64,000 nt of DNA from Azolla caroliniana (taxonomy: Eukaryota > Plantae > Polypodiophyta), in contig JBHGNT010000017.1 in NCBI GenBank assembly GCA_043228905.1, forward strand, positions 13,454,001 to 13,518,000. Direction: 5' to 3'. The translations under genes and the position numbers were made by a program. The notes below the pieces were generated by a model, which was given only the letters and a program-made list of their open reading frames with translations, was not told the DNA's origin and ran no database searches. Positions 48,325 to 61,801 of this stretch are shown here, piece by piece (positions within the stretch are counted from its first letter, which is position 1; the number at the start of each line of letters is the position of its first letter).

Positions 48325-48830
48325 TCCAAAATCCGAAGCATTTGTTGAAGCTCGCGGTGTCAAACATTGTAGAATTGTGTGGCCAAACCCCCTTTGTGAT
48401 CCCCATCCAGAGCATTTGTTGAAGCTCGTAGTGTCGAACATTGTAGAGGCGTGTGGCCAAAACTCCCTTGTGATCCCCATCCAGAGCATTTGTTGAAGCT
48501 CGTAGTGTCGAACATTGTAGAGGCGTGTGGCCAAAACTCCCTTGTGATCCCCATCCAGAGCATTTGTTGAAGCTCGTAGTGTCGAACATTGTAGAGGCGT
48601 GTGGCCAAAACTCCCTTGTGATCCCCATCCAGAGCATTTGTTGAAGCTCGTAGTGTCGAACATTGTAGAGGCGTGTGGCCAAAACTCCCTTGTGATCCCC
48701 ATCTAAAGCATTTGTCGAACCTCATAGTGTCAACTATTGTAGAAGCATGTGCAAAACCCTCCTCCTATCCCCATTTACATGTTTGTTGAAGTTCGTGGTG
48801 TCGAACATTGCAGGGGCACATGGCAAAACC
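48325..48830. repeat. 74-bp minisatellite, about 7 copies
   Basis: GTGATCCCCAT at 48396, 48470, 48544, 48618 and 48692; central units identical, edge units degenerate. Confidence 0.95.
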
Positions 48831-48832
48831 CA

Positions 48833-49107
48833 TGTTACCTTCAAAGGGGGCAACAACATGTACCTCATACCACACGTACCTTTGTTTTCATATCTTCATT
48901 TTGTTCCATATGTTAACCATTATATGGGCCCATCGCACCTAACTACGTATACTCCATATTGACCTCCAAAATGTTACCTTCAAAGGGGGCAACATGTACC
49001 TCATACCACACATACCTTTGTTTTCATATCTTCATTTTGTTCCGTATGTTAACCATTATATGGGCCCATCACACCTAACTATGTATACTCCATATTGACC
49101 TCCAAAA
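48833..49107. repeat. About 138-bp tandem duplication
   Basis: TGTTACCTTCAAAGGGGGCAAC...GACCTCCAAAA occurs twice. Confidence 0.9.
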
Positions 49108-49626
49108 TGTAGGGGTTGGCAATACAATCCCTCCCTCACTTGCATTTATATGATTTGGCTAGCCGAGAAGGGAAAAGAGCGTTAAGTATGGGTTGGTCCA
49201 ACAATACCAACATTGGCCTCATGCAACAATAAGGAGGAGACCCATAAACCTTAAAGAAAAATGCTAAGACATCATGTCAATAATAAAATGTAAAAACCAA
49301 AGGTATAAGCTTTTAAACACTTTTTCTTCATTTTTTTTACTTTCTTTATGTTCCCCCAAGACTTTGACTCTTGAATGTTTTGGTTATATATTGTATATGA
49401 GCATGGTTAATTAATATATAATAGTGAGAGATGTTGTGTAATGATTTCGTTTGTTCTCTAATTCATGAATGAAGTGATTAAGTAAAATTAGGAACATAAG
49501 ATAAGTCCTTAATAAAACATATTTCTATGTTTTAATTGTGATAGTGAGTACTACGAGATATTTTAACTAGTGAGCTAATTCACTCCATTGGCACACATGA
49601 GGTGATTGACACCCTCTCTTGCCCGT

Positions 49627-50669
49627 TGTCGTGGAGGATTCCGGCCACAAGGAGAAAACTCACCGAAAGCATAGGAACAAGGGTGTGTGCATGCATGCAC
49701 ATGAAGGAGGTCTTTATGTATCATAATTATAAATAACATAGTTTTAAAAAGGGACAAGGGAAGATAGCAAAAAGTCGACGAGAGCCAAGGTGGTGGGAAG
49801 AGGCTCTCGTAATCATGCAAGGAATGTATCAGAGATAGCAACAGGAAGGGGTTGTCTTTGGTTTGGTTGACTTCGGAGGTGCTGCTAGGTGAGGGAAGGT
49901 CGGGACCAGCGGTTGAGTGGGTGTCTGGTGCTGACGGCGATGATGTCTCTGTGAGAGTTGATTCGGAAGTTCCTTCGACTTGTTCGGCACCTCGGGACGT
50001 TAGCCGAGTGCGTGGGCCTCGGGTGGGCACCGTTACGGCGGCTGGGGTTTCTCTACGCGTTGCTCATTGTGACCTCACAACGTGAACTGGGCATGCCAAA
50101 TTGTGTTGCTCCCTCTTGGACAACACCTTCGATTACTCCTCCCGAGTAATTGGGTCAAGGAATCGTGGTGCGTAGGAGACTAGTGGTCCCGAGGGTGGTC
50201 GGATTGTTATGACCATTGAGATTAACAGTTCGCAATTTGGCTACAACCGATTGATAGTTAATGTCTTATAGACCGAACATATATAAATAGCAATCGATTA
50301 AACTTGGACAGACACAGAGATGACCCACAACTATGTACGTATTTTATTATAATTGCATACACTACAATACCGTACAACACCTAGTAGAATTGGTCAGTCC
50401 TAATCTATACCTAGGACTAGTCATCTTTGAGGATTCCTATTCAATATCTGCTCTGATTTCGATCCCCCTTCTGTGTTTGCTTCATCTCGATTATATAGCT
50501 TCCTCCTAGCTTGGCGTGTTCCAACTACTCTCTCCTGATAATCGGCTTCTACCTTTGGCTGTTAGTGTTCAACTCCTTTTGGTCTTTTCACATTCATTCT
50601 ACGCCTCCCTTTCACCTTTGTCCAACGTGGTCGTTTTCACACCTTGTTCCTGTTGTCCCACGGATAACA
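49627..50669. mobile_element. Truncated plus-strand LTR (49627-~49790) fused to a minus-strand gypsy 5' remnant (gag start, PBS, LTR 50102-50669)
   Basis: 49627 onward resembles 32389 onward; 50090-50190 and 50460-50669 match 32235-32335 and 33470-33623. Confidence 0.72.
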
Positions 50670-50892
50670 AATATGATCATGTGGGTGTGTATAATCATCC
50701 CCTAGGTATAATTGGTGATGACCTAGAAGCATGTTTTAAGTGATTTGGGATGTGTATAATGATGACATGGGTGAGTATGTTGATGTTTTGCATAAATTAT
50801 GAGTGTGTCGTCTCAAGGTGCACTCCACCGAGAGCACATCCATTGATCAACAAAGTTCTCCCTCCACATCAATGTTGTGAGTTGAGGGATTT

Positions 50893-53800
50893 TGTTGAGT
50901 GAGCACGCTCAACGGGGGCTGGATTGGCTGAACAAGCCGAAAGCCGGTTCGGGAACTAGATCAGTGAGGCGAATTTGTGTGGAACCGGTAGGCCGTTAGA
51001 GGCCTACGATCCTAGAATACTAGGAAGTTATATTCCTGGGAGTTAGTGTTAATAGCTCAGTTATGAGCATTGAAGTACTTGTTAGTACTTCTGACCGTCC
51101 TTTATGGACTTGTATAAAAGTGGTCACTGAGCACATTTGTATGTACAGAGTGTTATTTTGAAATCGAGTTTTTTGTGTTCTACTGTCTCTGTCTCTCCCG
51201 AGTAATCGGTATTCTTTGTGTGTTCTCCATTGTTTTTATATGTTTTCTTTGTGTGTTCTTCTTGATGACCACTGCTGTCAGCTGTCGTCGCCGTCTGCTA
51301 CCATCTGCTACCGTCTGCAGCCGTCGTCTGCCGCCGTCACCGTCGCCGTCGCGGGGTGTTTCTTCTCCGTTTTCTCTTGACGTTGTGAAGTGCCATTTTC
51401 TTGACGAGTTCGTGGGTGGGTTCTTTTGGTGTGCTCGTCGCGTGCTACAAAATGTCGATGTGATTGCGGCATACACACAAACTCGGCTAAGTCTCGAACC
51501 CATTTATTTTACCTTTTTTTCTTATTGACACCACAATGACGTCTAAATGAACTAAGGAACATAAGGATATACAAGACGAGGCTATAAGTAAGGAGGACTT
51601 TTTAGATATGTTTAATCGTTTAACAAAAATAGAGATGGATATGAAAAATGGGTGAAAGACGCTGAAACCCACAAGAAAAAAGATAGAGAGGAAAAAGACG
51701 CCCTCAAGGCCGAAATAGAACAACTTAAAGTGGAAAACACCGACCTTAAAAAACAACTTAAGGAAATCGAGGTATCTCGAGAAGACGGTGAAATATCCTC
51801 TATAGAGGATATAAAGGACGAAATTAAAAAAGTTAAAGAGGAAGTTAATAATAACATAGAGTTAGCTAAAACGGGTTGGGTAGATGTGGTTAAAAGAAAC
51901 ATTAAAAAAGAAATAAAAGATGAAAATATTGTTAATACCACCCTTGAAGAAGAGAAAATGCGTCAGGCCCGACGCTTAAATGTACGTGTCACTGGGCTCA
52001 AGGAAGGTGCATCCCCAAATGAGGATGCACAAACACTTGGGAAAATGTTAGGGTACATAGAGGCCCTACCTATCACCAAAGCATGGAGGGTCGGGCGTGA
52101 CACAACTAGGAAGAGAGCCTTAGTCCTTCAATTTAAAGACTTAGACTCTAGAATCACTTTCTTTAAGAAGAGACCAATCCTTCGAGGAATGGGTGGGGAC
52201 CCATCTATCTCGATGAAGACCTCACTAAGATGCAAATTGAGCATCGCAAGAGTTGTATGCCACGAGTTATGCAAGCTCGTAAAGAAGGCCATCGCACCTT
52301 TTACCGAGACGGGCGAGTGATCATAAATGATCGCACTACTAATTGACGGCATGTGGCCCATGTGACAGAAAATGCACTTAGGATGACCTTATGGAATTGT
52401 AACGCCGCCTAGAGGAGATACTAAAGTTATCTGATATACTTTTCTTGGTAGAAACACATCAGAGCCCAAATAGAGGACTCCCATGGGTCGAAGGATTCCG
52501 TTGGGAGTTCGCTTTTAGACAAACCTCACGTCGACACACTACTAGGGGATCTGGAGGTGTCGCGATACTGTTTCGTAGAGAGCTACATAATAGGATAGAA
52601 ATAATGAAGATAGACCCAGAAGCTCGTTTTATGTGGGTGAAAGTCTCCGCAAGCAAAGACCAGGTAGTATTTTTCGCCATTTGTTACTTTCCCCCAAAAG
52701 GATCTCGTTATAATATTGGTGGCTTGGCGAGATTAGTCGATGAAGGAATGCCACATGGGCCTTCTCCATACGAACCCTTATCGGATGACATAATCCGATA
52801 TTCTTCCCAAGGAGAAGTATTTCTTGTAGGAGACTTCAATGCGAGAACCCAATCCCGACAATGCACAGTATTTCAGATGAATAGAAACCTAGAAATGGTA
52901 AATGTCGAACCTTTAGACATAGGCACCACACGTAGATCAAAGGATCAAGGTGCGGACGCCACGAGCTTTGGCCATCATCTGCTCGAACTTGGCAATCGGC
53001 ACCGGATGGTCATATATAATGGTTTAGCTAATTGGCCGGGCTCGGAAGAGCTCACATGTTTCCCACATGGAGGAGGGGAAAGCACAATTGATTATCTAAT
53101 AGGACGCCCTAAAGCTACCCACATGATTAACTCCTTCCGAGTGGCCCCATGCCCTATTGGCGCAGACCATAGTTTCTTATACTTCGAGCTAAAATGTGAT
53201 ATCTCTAAGGTCACCAAGTCTAGTCAACCATGCCATCACACCACAATACATTTCACACATGAGCTCTCTGACATATACTCTCAACATGTTTAGGCCCATC
53301 TCCCCTCCCTTGATCCCTCCCTATCGTTAGAAAGCCTTAGTACGAAACTCACACACATCCTTCACTCCGCAGCAGCTAGCAGTTTCCCATATACAAAACA
53401 CTCAAATCAAGGTAGATCAAGATCAATGCCACAAAATAAATGGTATGATGAGGATTGTAGGGACTTACATAGACAACTTACCGTATCGCAACTCAATGGT
53501 AGTATTACCTCCATACAAGCTCGCAAAGAAATGCGCAAGATGACACGTCATAACAGACGAGCGTGGGAGGCATCCCAATATTGGGAACCCCATGGACCCA
53601 AATACATATAGGACCATTATGATAGGCCATACCCTTGCTAAGTTATATGGTGCAGTAATGGAAGCAGAGCTTAGCGACTATATGGAGACCCTAAACCTTC
53701 GTGCACCTGAACAAGCTGGCTTTAGACGAGCCTTCTCCACTATTGATCATATCTTCACACTTAGATGCCTAATTGACCAAACTAAGGCTCGCAAGAAGAA

Positions 53801-55954
53801 ATTATATTGTTGTTTTGTGGACTTCCGCAAAGCCTTTGACACAGTCCCTAGAGAGCGGTTGTTTGATAGACTTAAAAGCTTGAGGATACCAGATGATATG
53901 GTATGGGCCATCTACGCACTATATGAACAAGTGTCGGGGTGTGTCTGATGCCCAGGTGGCCTATCTAATCGTTTCACTAGCACTATTGGTGTAAAACAAG
54001 GTTGCCCCCTATCACCGACGCTTTTTGGGATCTACATTGATGAGATCACAGATTTTATTGCTCGTGAGGGAGGCACCGGAGTGGTCCTTGGGGATACGCA
54101 GGTTCGTATCTTGCTCTATGCGGATGACATAGTTTTGCTCTCTGAATCCGAACACGACCTACAAAGGCACCTTAATGCCTTAGATGACTTTTGTGTACAA
54201 CGAGGATTGGTAGTGAATCTAGGGAAAACGAAAGTCCTTATCTTCCACACATCGGCCCAAGTTAGAGCTAAGTGTCACCTAACTATCTCCCATAGCCCAG
54301 TCGAGGTGGTTGGATCATACGTCTATCTCGGAGTCACTTTTAGTGCCCGCTCAGGTAAAATTTCGATGACACAGGCAGCGAAGGATAGACTCACGAGAGG
54401 ACATGCATCCCTCTCACTCCAAGAGAGACAATGCCACCAAGCACACTTTCAAGAGCCACGGACTAAAGGGTGGCTCTTTGACTCATTAGTGACCCCCTCC
54501 CTCATGTATGCATCAACGGTTTGGGCTCCAGGATTACCATCTTTTATGTGGACGCAATTAGAGAGACCATTGGTGATGATGCTATCACGCCAACTCCGAA
54601 GCAAATCGACTGTACCACATGACATTATTAGGGCTGAGTTCACGTTACCCCCAATGTTAGTAGAGGCACTTTTTCAACTTGTAGTCTTCATTCACAGGAT
54701 ACATAGCCAACCACATGATAGAATATCTCATCAAGCCTTTAAGGCCTCTCGATCATTATATGAGTCCGGCTATACTAGCTCATGGTATGGCATGATGGTG
54801 AGTTGGCTTCTTGCGAATGGTCTAGACATTAATAACCTACCTCCCCTTAGGTACAACCACACGAGTGATAACACTTTAATCTCTCATGAGGACCGCAATA
54901 AAGTAATATGCCAAGAAATATGGCAAATTTACACTCGGTGTAAATGGATCACCCCACTAGAGCCACTCCCATCTAAAATGTTGTACTATAAGAAACACTT
55001 CATGCACTTCTCTGAGTTAGGTTTTATTACACGGCCAAAATATCTAGATGTATTCTTACCACATGCACTAAGGGTTGCCATTGGACAACTTAGAATATCA
55101 TCTCACCAACTTGAGATTGAGAATGGCCGTACTAGTGGAGTCCCTAGGGAGGAAAGGATATGTAGGTTATGTCACATAGAGATAGAGGATGAGTACCACT
55201 TTACATGCAAGTGTCCAATCTATGCCGAGATAAGGGCAAAATACCAAGACATACTTGGTTCCTCTCCCACCCTCCCCAAACTATTAGATACTCTAGATAT
55301 AAAGAAATTAGGCAAATACATTCTAGAGCTAAAACAACACAGAGAGAATAAGTTACAAAATGTTGACAATAATGTTGCTAATGATCACGAACATGTAACA
55401 AATGAAGTTTTTCAGGAACAGGGGGAGACAACGAATGCCGACACACTTGCACCACTCGGCCTTTCCATTGATGAGGCAGAAAACCAGAGAAGAACCAGAC
55501 GTCCTTGGGTGCCGGGTTTCAAAGGAACTCGACGTGATGTGGAAGCAATATTGAAAATAAGGGAACGTGAGCTACACCGCCTAGAAGCCATGGCTAGGGC
55601 ACTCTCTACATTGGAACCACGGGTGACACCCACATCAAGACCCTTTGACCCCCCACTTCTTTTCGAGAGGCTTGGGTGGAAATAAAATTAGGCTTAGTGT
55701 ATAGTCACTTTCGAGTATACTACGTATTGTGCACTACTAGAACTCTTTTAGTTTAAGTTCTATTTTTTACTTAATTTTATTTTAGTTATGATGACTCGAT
55801 AAATACTCTTTTGTTGTAAACCAATTATCTCATGGGCCAAATTTGGCCTTAGAAGACGTTAATATATCTTTCTTTCTAATGCTGAGCCTGGTGCCAACGT
55901 TGGTGTCGATATCTTCATGAATTGTATTTACGTTCGTTCGATCGATACTTAACA
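50893..55954 (+). repeat. Copia LTR (family of element C) split by a LINE
   Basis: 50893-51230 aligns with 11831-12160 (GTTAGAGGCCTACG, GCATTGAAGTAC, TATAAAAGTG); ends ...CTTAACA at 55954. Confidence 0.72.
51260..55877 (+). mobile_element. Near full-length RTE-X-like LINE (ORF1 coiled-coil/RRM-like; ORF2 APE-RT-Zn finger), disrupted
   Basis: ORF1 about 51535-52340 (RRLNVRVTGLKE); APE motifs GSGGVAIL, VGDFNART, STIDY and DH; RT motifs QAGFR, DFRKAFD, QGCPLSP and YADD; LRISSHQLEIENGR...CRLC...EDEYHFTCKC; short TCTT tail. Boundaries are approximate. Confidence 0.88.
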
Positions 55955-56259
55955 ATGAGATTAGGGTTGATGGCGATGATGTAAATTTGTATAATGGTCA
56001 TGTAATAATCATCCATGGTTATGTAGAGGTTGATAATGATATGATTAAAGAAGTTGTAAATGAAGTGATTTGTAATCTATGGATTGCCATTGGCTATGAT
56101 GATATTATGGGTTTGTATGTGGATGATGCGATTGAAGTTGACGTTAATGTCAAAGATGATGATGATGATGATGATGTCAAAATTCCCTGTTTCTCTCCAT
56201 GGTTCAGACTAAATCTAATCTTTATCGGTAATCTCTGAGTTATCTTGTTTATTCTCATC

Positions 56260-58272
56260 ATGGGTCTTCCTCAGATCCATAGAAATGGTGGCCCAAGGCT
56301 CAAATCCTTACATAACCTTGAAGCTACGGAAACAGCCTGGTTCCTACAAGACGACCAAGATTCTGCCAAGGTAAAAAATAACCCTTCTTTTTACATCTCC
56401 ATTTTGCAGAGATTGAACACTCCCTTGCAAACTATGCTCATCCATGGCTATTTCATTCAGAATGGATTCTGTTTGAGTATTATCTCTCTTTGGACTACCA
56501 TTGTTGATATGTATGCAAAATTTGGCCTATTACATGACGCTAGATCTGTATTTGACAGTATGACCCATCATAATGTGGTCTCATGGACTGCCATGATTGC
56601 AGGTTATGCTCGCTGCCGTGGTGACGATGACGAAGCTGGTGATGGCGATGGTCATGATAGTTCTTTGGCTCGAGAAGCTATGGTTCTGTTTGAGAAAATG
56701 TTGTCTGACGGACTCATTTTTCCTAATGAATTCACGCATTTAGCTGTTGTGAATGCTTGTGCCAATCTCGGAAATGTGGAGGATGGGAGATTGATGCATT
56801 TTCACATGGTAAAGACTCAGACAGAGGTGGATATGGATGTCTTTGTGGGAAATGCCCTTATGAATATGTATGCCAAATGTGGTCACATAAAGGACGTGGT
56901 TCGAATGTTTGAAGCAATAAAGGATAGAGATGTGGTCACTTGGACAGCTCTTATTGCTGGATATGTGAATAATGGCCTAGTTAATGAAGCGTTACAAGCA
57001 TTTCGACAACTAGAATGCGAAGGATTAGAGCCTAATGAGATTACGTTTGTAAGCATCCTTGGATTGTTTACCTTATATCCCAATATTGGTTTCGGAAAGT
57101 TGATTCATACATGTTTAATGTATCATGCATTTCCCTTCAATTTGACTTTGCAAAACTCGTTGATCAATATGTATTGCAAATGTGGAAATGCTATCAATGG
57201 GCAACGAGTCTTTGACAAGATGCAAAAGAAGAATGTAGTCTCGTGGAATGCAATGATAACTGGCTATGCCAAAGATGGATATGTCCATGACGTGCTAAAG
57301 CTTTATCACAGAATGGCGAGTTTTGCAAATCACGTGACTTTTATATCGATGATCAATTTGTTTGCAACTGTCAAAGCTCTGGAATATGGAATGGCTATCC
57401 ATCTTGAAGTCTTGGAGAGTGGAGTAAAGGTTGGTAAGTCACTAGGGAATTCCCTTGTTGATATGTATGTTTGTTGTGAAAGATTAGAAGATGCTCAGTG
57501 GGCATTTGATAAAATGCGATATAAAGATGCAGTGTCCTGGAGCACTTTGATTGTAGGATATTGTAATGTGGAGGATTTAGAGAAAGCCATTGAGCTATTC
57601 TGTGAAATGGAGCAAGAAGGTGTGAAACCAAATGAATCCACATGTTTAACCATTATGACTGTCTGCTCATCGATTGGTGTTCTTGAGCAGAGCATGAGGA
57701 TCCATGCTGAAGCTCTAAAATGTGGAAATGAATCAGGCATATCAGCTACCAATGCTATCATTCATATGTATGTAAAGTGTGGAAACATATATGCAGCTTA
57801 TCTCATGTTCAAGAAATTACCACAAAGGGACATTGTATCATGGAATATCATCATATATGGACTTGCACAACATGGCTATGGTAGAGAGAGCCTTTTGCTT
57901 ATTGAACAAATGATGTGGGAAAAAAAAATTGAACCGAGCTCAGTTACTTTCCTGGGTATCTTATCGGCATGTAATCATGCTGGCTTGGTAGAAGAAGGAT
58001 TCTTTGTTTTCAACTCAATGCTTGTGCGAACAATAGAGCACTTTGCATGCATGGTGGACTTGTTAGCTCGAGCAGGGCGTTTCAACAGTGCCAAGGAACT
58101 TGTTACGAGAATGCCCCTTGATACAACTGCAATCATATGGAGAACACTACTTGCTAGCTGTAGATTACACTTCGATATCAATTTAGCAGATAGTATTGTA
58201 GAAAGCATGATTGAGTTTGAACGGTATGATGCTTCATCAGACTTGTTTTTCGTCGGAGGAAGCCAAGGTTGA
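56260..58272 (+). CDS. PLS-class PPR protein, truncated E region, no DYW (about 670 aa)
   Basis: P-L-S triplets, HFACMVDLLARAG, IWRTLLASCRLH. ATG at 56260. Confidence 0.88.
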   Translation: MGLPQIHRNGGPRLKSLHNLEATETAWFLQDDQDSAKVKNNPSFYISILQRLNTPLQTMLIHGYFIQNGFCLSIISLWTTIVDMYAKFGLLHDARSVFDSMTHHNVVSWTAMIAGYARCRGDDDEAGDGDGHDSSLAREAMVLFEKMLSDGLIFPNEFTHLAVVNACANLGNVEDGRLMHFHMVKTQTEVDMDVFVGNALMNMYAKCGHIKDVVRMFEAIKDRDVVTWTALIAGYVNNGLVNEALQAFRQLECEGLEPNEITFVSILGLFTLYPNIGFGKLIHTCLMYHAFPFNLTLQNSLINMYCKCGNAINGQRVFDKMQKKNVVSWNAMITGYAKDGYVHDVLKLYHRMASFANHVTFISMINLFATVKALEYGMAIHLEVLESGVKVGKSLGNSLVDMYVCCERLEDAQWAFDKMRYKDAVSWSTLIVGYCNVEDLEKAIELFCEMEQEGVKPNESTCLTIMTVCSSIGVLEQSMRIHAEALKCGNESGISATNAIIHMYVKCGNIYAAYLMFKKLPQRDIVSWNIIIYGLAQHGYGRESLLLIEQMMWEKKIEPSSVTFLGILSACNHAGLVEEGFFVFNSMLVRTIEHFACMVDLLARAGRFNSAKELVTRMPLDTTAIIWRTLLASCRLHFDINLADSIVESMIEFERYDASSDLFFVGGSQG

Positions 58273-59172
58273 AGGGAAATACTTGGTTTTTTCTTGTTCA
58301 AACTTGCGACAAATGACAATGTATGCACACATATGACCCTTTGTATCAAAGGGGTCAATATGCAAGAAGCATTGGAATGACATGTTTACTCATTTGCCAA
58401 TGGAAGCTCTAACTAGTTATTGACGATTGAGCTGCGTGTGTTAATTTAAGTGGGTGATTTGGCCAGGGACGCAACCTTATGCCACAGTTTCCCACATAGA
58501 CCCATAGATGGTGCTATGAAGTTTGAGAGAACCATGTTGACTCTACAGAATGCAAGAACTTCAGTGGGTTCCTTTACAAAGGGTATCAATTCATGTTGTG
58601 CATAGTTGACAAAAGGCTCTTTTGCCATTGTATCATGTTTTTCACATGATTCCTTGATCTCTAAAAACATGGAATATCATCACACACCATTCTACTTCAA
58701 TTGTTCGATATAATTCCATATGCATAAATCAAAACAGTTTTGCCAGTCAAGAGGGTATTATTTCAAGTTGTGCATAGTGGACAAAATGCTCTTCAGCACA
58801 TTGTATCACGTTTTTCATATGATTCCTTAAGTTACGGAAACATGGAATCACACATTGTTCTACTTCAGTTTGTTAGTAACATTCCATATCCATGAATCAA
58901 AGAATATAGCCAGTTAAATGACAATCTTTATCAAGATTACATGATTATATTTACCCCTTTCATATGTTGAATGCAGTCATGTCAACGACTATCATCCATC
59001 ATGAAGACATGATAGTCAAATATGAAGATATCTAAACGCCAATGAACATACTGTGCATATGCACTCCACAATAGTTGAATCTGAATATTGTCTCGTTGCC
59101 TTAGTCTTAGTAAATAAGCACAATGGTAATTTTCATGAGGAAAATTTTAATGATGATATTTCACGAGGAAGT

Positions 59173-59728
59173 TGTGAGGAATATGGGATTGAATTGGGAT
59201 GATTTGGACTACCAACACAAGTAACAATAGATGAAACCACAAGACAAAAATGAGAGTACACTGAAATTTAACGTGGAAAACCCAAAATAGGGAAAAACCA
59301 CAGAACCCCTTAGGGTTCGAAACAAATTCACTATTTTTCTTAGTACAACCAAATACAACCTCTCTAGTTTTGACTAGAGGGATGTATATGCTAAGGCAAC
59401 AACCTTGATTACAATTCCTCACCCAACTGGGTGAATAGAAAAACTAGCAAAAATGGTAACAAGAAAAACACGAAACGAAGAAACCTGATGCAAGTAGATA
59501 GCATAGATGTTGTTCAATCATGGTTCTCTAATAGAACGAACAACCCCTCGTAGGTCTCTGTCTCCACTTTGGTAGAACACTCTTCCTCTTGCTCTCACTC
59601 TTTGGTTTTCTGTTTCTCTCTCTCTCAGTTTTCTATTTTTACTTTGTGTTCTCAGAAAAATAGGTCATGTTGTGTTTCCTCCTCTTTTTCTGTTTTTCTC
59701 CTTGTAGTCCAACGTCTATATACATGTG

Positions 59729-59764
<36 letters not shown>

Positions 59765-59807
59765 AAAGACACACCAAAAAAAACATACAAAAGAAAAAGG
59801 GCATACA

Positions 59808-59838
<31 letters not shown>

Positions 59839-61801
59839 GTATATATATATATATATATATATAGAGGATTATAAATAATAATAACTTTTCTCCTTTTTGG
59901 CCCTAAGCCAATTCGGCGCTCAACCAACTCCCAATCGACTGTATGCTCAGCCAACTATTGACACACACAACCGACTCTCAATCAGCCCTTCGGCTCTCAG
60001 TCAGCTCCATGTTGTGGGCTCCACTTGAGTGGACAAGCCCCAACAATTCTCCCCCTCCATCTCAAGTGGGGGGCACAACCAAGTTTGCCTTTTGTTTGCA
60101 AACTTCAAGCTTCTCCCTTGACAAACTTTTTGTCATGATGTTGAGCCATTCTCATTGGTATGTATCTTCTCAATGTGCATTTTCTTTTCTTCAAGAACTT
60201 CTCTAATCCAATGGTATCTAACATCAATGTGTTTTGACTTAAAGTGAAAGGAAGAATTCTTGCTTAAGTGTATAACACTTTGGCTATCACAATACAAAAT
60301 GTACCTTTCTTGGATCAATATAGTCGGCCTCTGTTGTGAATAATGCCACACATTTTTGTAGTCTCGATTGCCAAGAGACCGCTCCCCCTACAAAGATCAT
60401 TAGATACCCTGATATAGACTTTCTGGAGTCAATATCACCAACCATTCGGTGTATATCCATCTAATATAGTTTGGTTCTCACCAAATTTTAGACAGACTCT
60501 TGAGGTAACCTTCAGATATCACAAGATCCATTTCACTGCTTCCCAATGATCTTTTTCAGGGTTCGAGAGAAAACGGGTCACTACACCAACTGCATGGGCA
60601 ATGTCCGGCCTCGTGCATACTATAACATACATTAAACTACCGACTGCAGAGGCATATGATATTTGTTTCGTTCCTTCTTGCTCTTCCTCACTCGTAGGGC
60701 ACTGAGCTGAGTTGAGTTTAAAGTGGCCCGCGAGTGGAGTGTTGACCGGCTTACACTTAGCCATGTTGAATCTCTCAAGTACCTTCTCAATGTACTTTTC
60801 TTGAGACAACCACAATCTTTTGATTTCCTTGTCCCTGGTTATCTTCATCCCAAGGATTTGCTTGGCTAGTCCCAAGTCTTTCATGACAAAAGATTTGTTG
60901 AGTTCCTTTTTCAACTTCTCAATCTTGTTGGTGTCTTGACCAACGATCAACATATCGTCAACATACAAGAGCAGAATGACAAAATCCCCATATGAGAATT
61001 TCGTAACAAACACACAATGGTTTGTGTTTGTTCTATTATACCCATGATTCAACATAAAGGAGTCAAACTTTTTATACCAAAGTCTAGGAGCTTGTCTTAG
61101 GCCGTACAAGCTCTTCTTTAACCTGCATACCAGATTTTCCTTACCTTTGACTCGAAACCCTTCGGGTTGATCCATGTAAATCTCTTCCTCCAAATCACCG
61201 TGGAGGAAGGTAGTTTTTACATCGAGTTGCTCGAATTCTAGATCGAGGTTGGTTGCGATCCCAAGTACAACTCTAATGGAGGACATCTTCACCACTGGTG
61301 AGAAAATCTCCTTGACAAAATTCCCTTTTTATGGTTGAACCCTTTCACAACCAGTGTTGCCTTGTATCTTGGCTATGAGCAATGTTCCTCAATCTTTAGC
61401 CTGTAAACCCATATGTTTTTCAATGCTCTCTTTCCCTTAGACAACTTTACCAGATCATAAGTATGTTTGTCTTGCAAATACCTCATCTCATCATTCATGG
61501 CCTCAAGCCATTCCTCCTTATGTTCATTTGCCATAGCTTATCTAAAGGTTTCTGGCTCTCCTCCATATGAAAGCATCACATATTCTTGTGGGTTGTATCT
61601 GGTAGAAGGTCGTCTCTATCTCATAGACCTTCTAACCTCTTCCTCTTTCGAAGGAGTTGCTGAAATTGCATCAAACTAGTCACCTAGAGTATGATGATCA
61701 TGATTTTGCCCATCATCATCATTGGTTGCATCATCAGCCATATCATCATACTCCTTTGTATCTCCCCCATGACGTTGTGTGTCTAGGGCAGGAGTTGGGT
61801 G
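59173..61801 (-). mobile_element. Ty1/copia H, 3' part (RT-RNaseH plus 3' LTR 59173-60045), decayed
   Basis: RT ORF 60519-61295 (YVDD); RNase H tail 60133-60351; PPT AGGGGGAGAAT; the LTR contains (CA)n/(TACA)n/(TA)n. Confidence 0.9.

Noticed and set aside
48325-48830. CRISPR-like regular repeat
   Set aside because: Units are contiguous with no unique spacers; eukaryotic context; no cas genes.
55987-56238. 83-aa Asp/Val-rich ORF
   Set aside because: Low-complexity GAT-rich sequence with a non-ATG start.
58580-58918. About 170-bp diverged duplication with a faint PPR-like minus-strand translation
   Set aside because: No sustained frame or convincing motif; not supportable as a gene.
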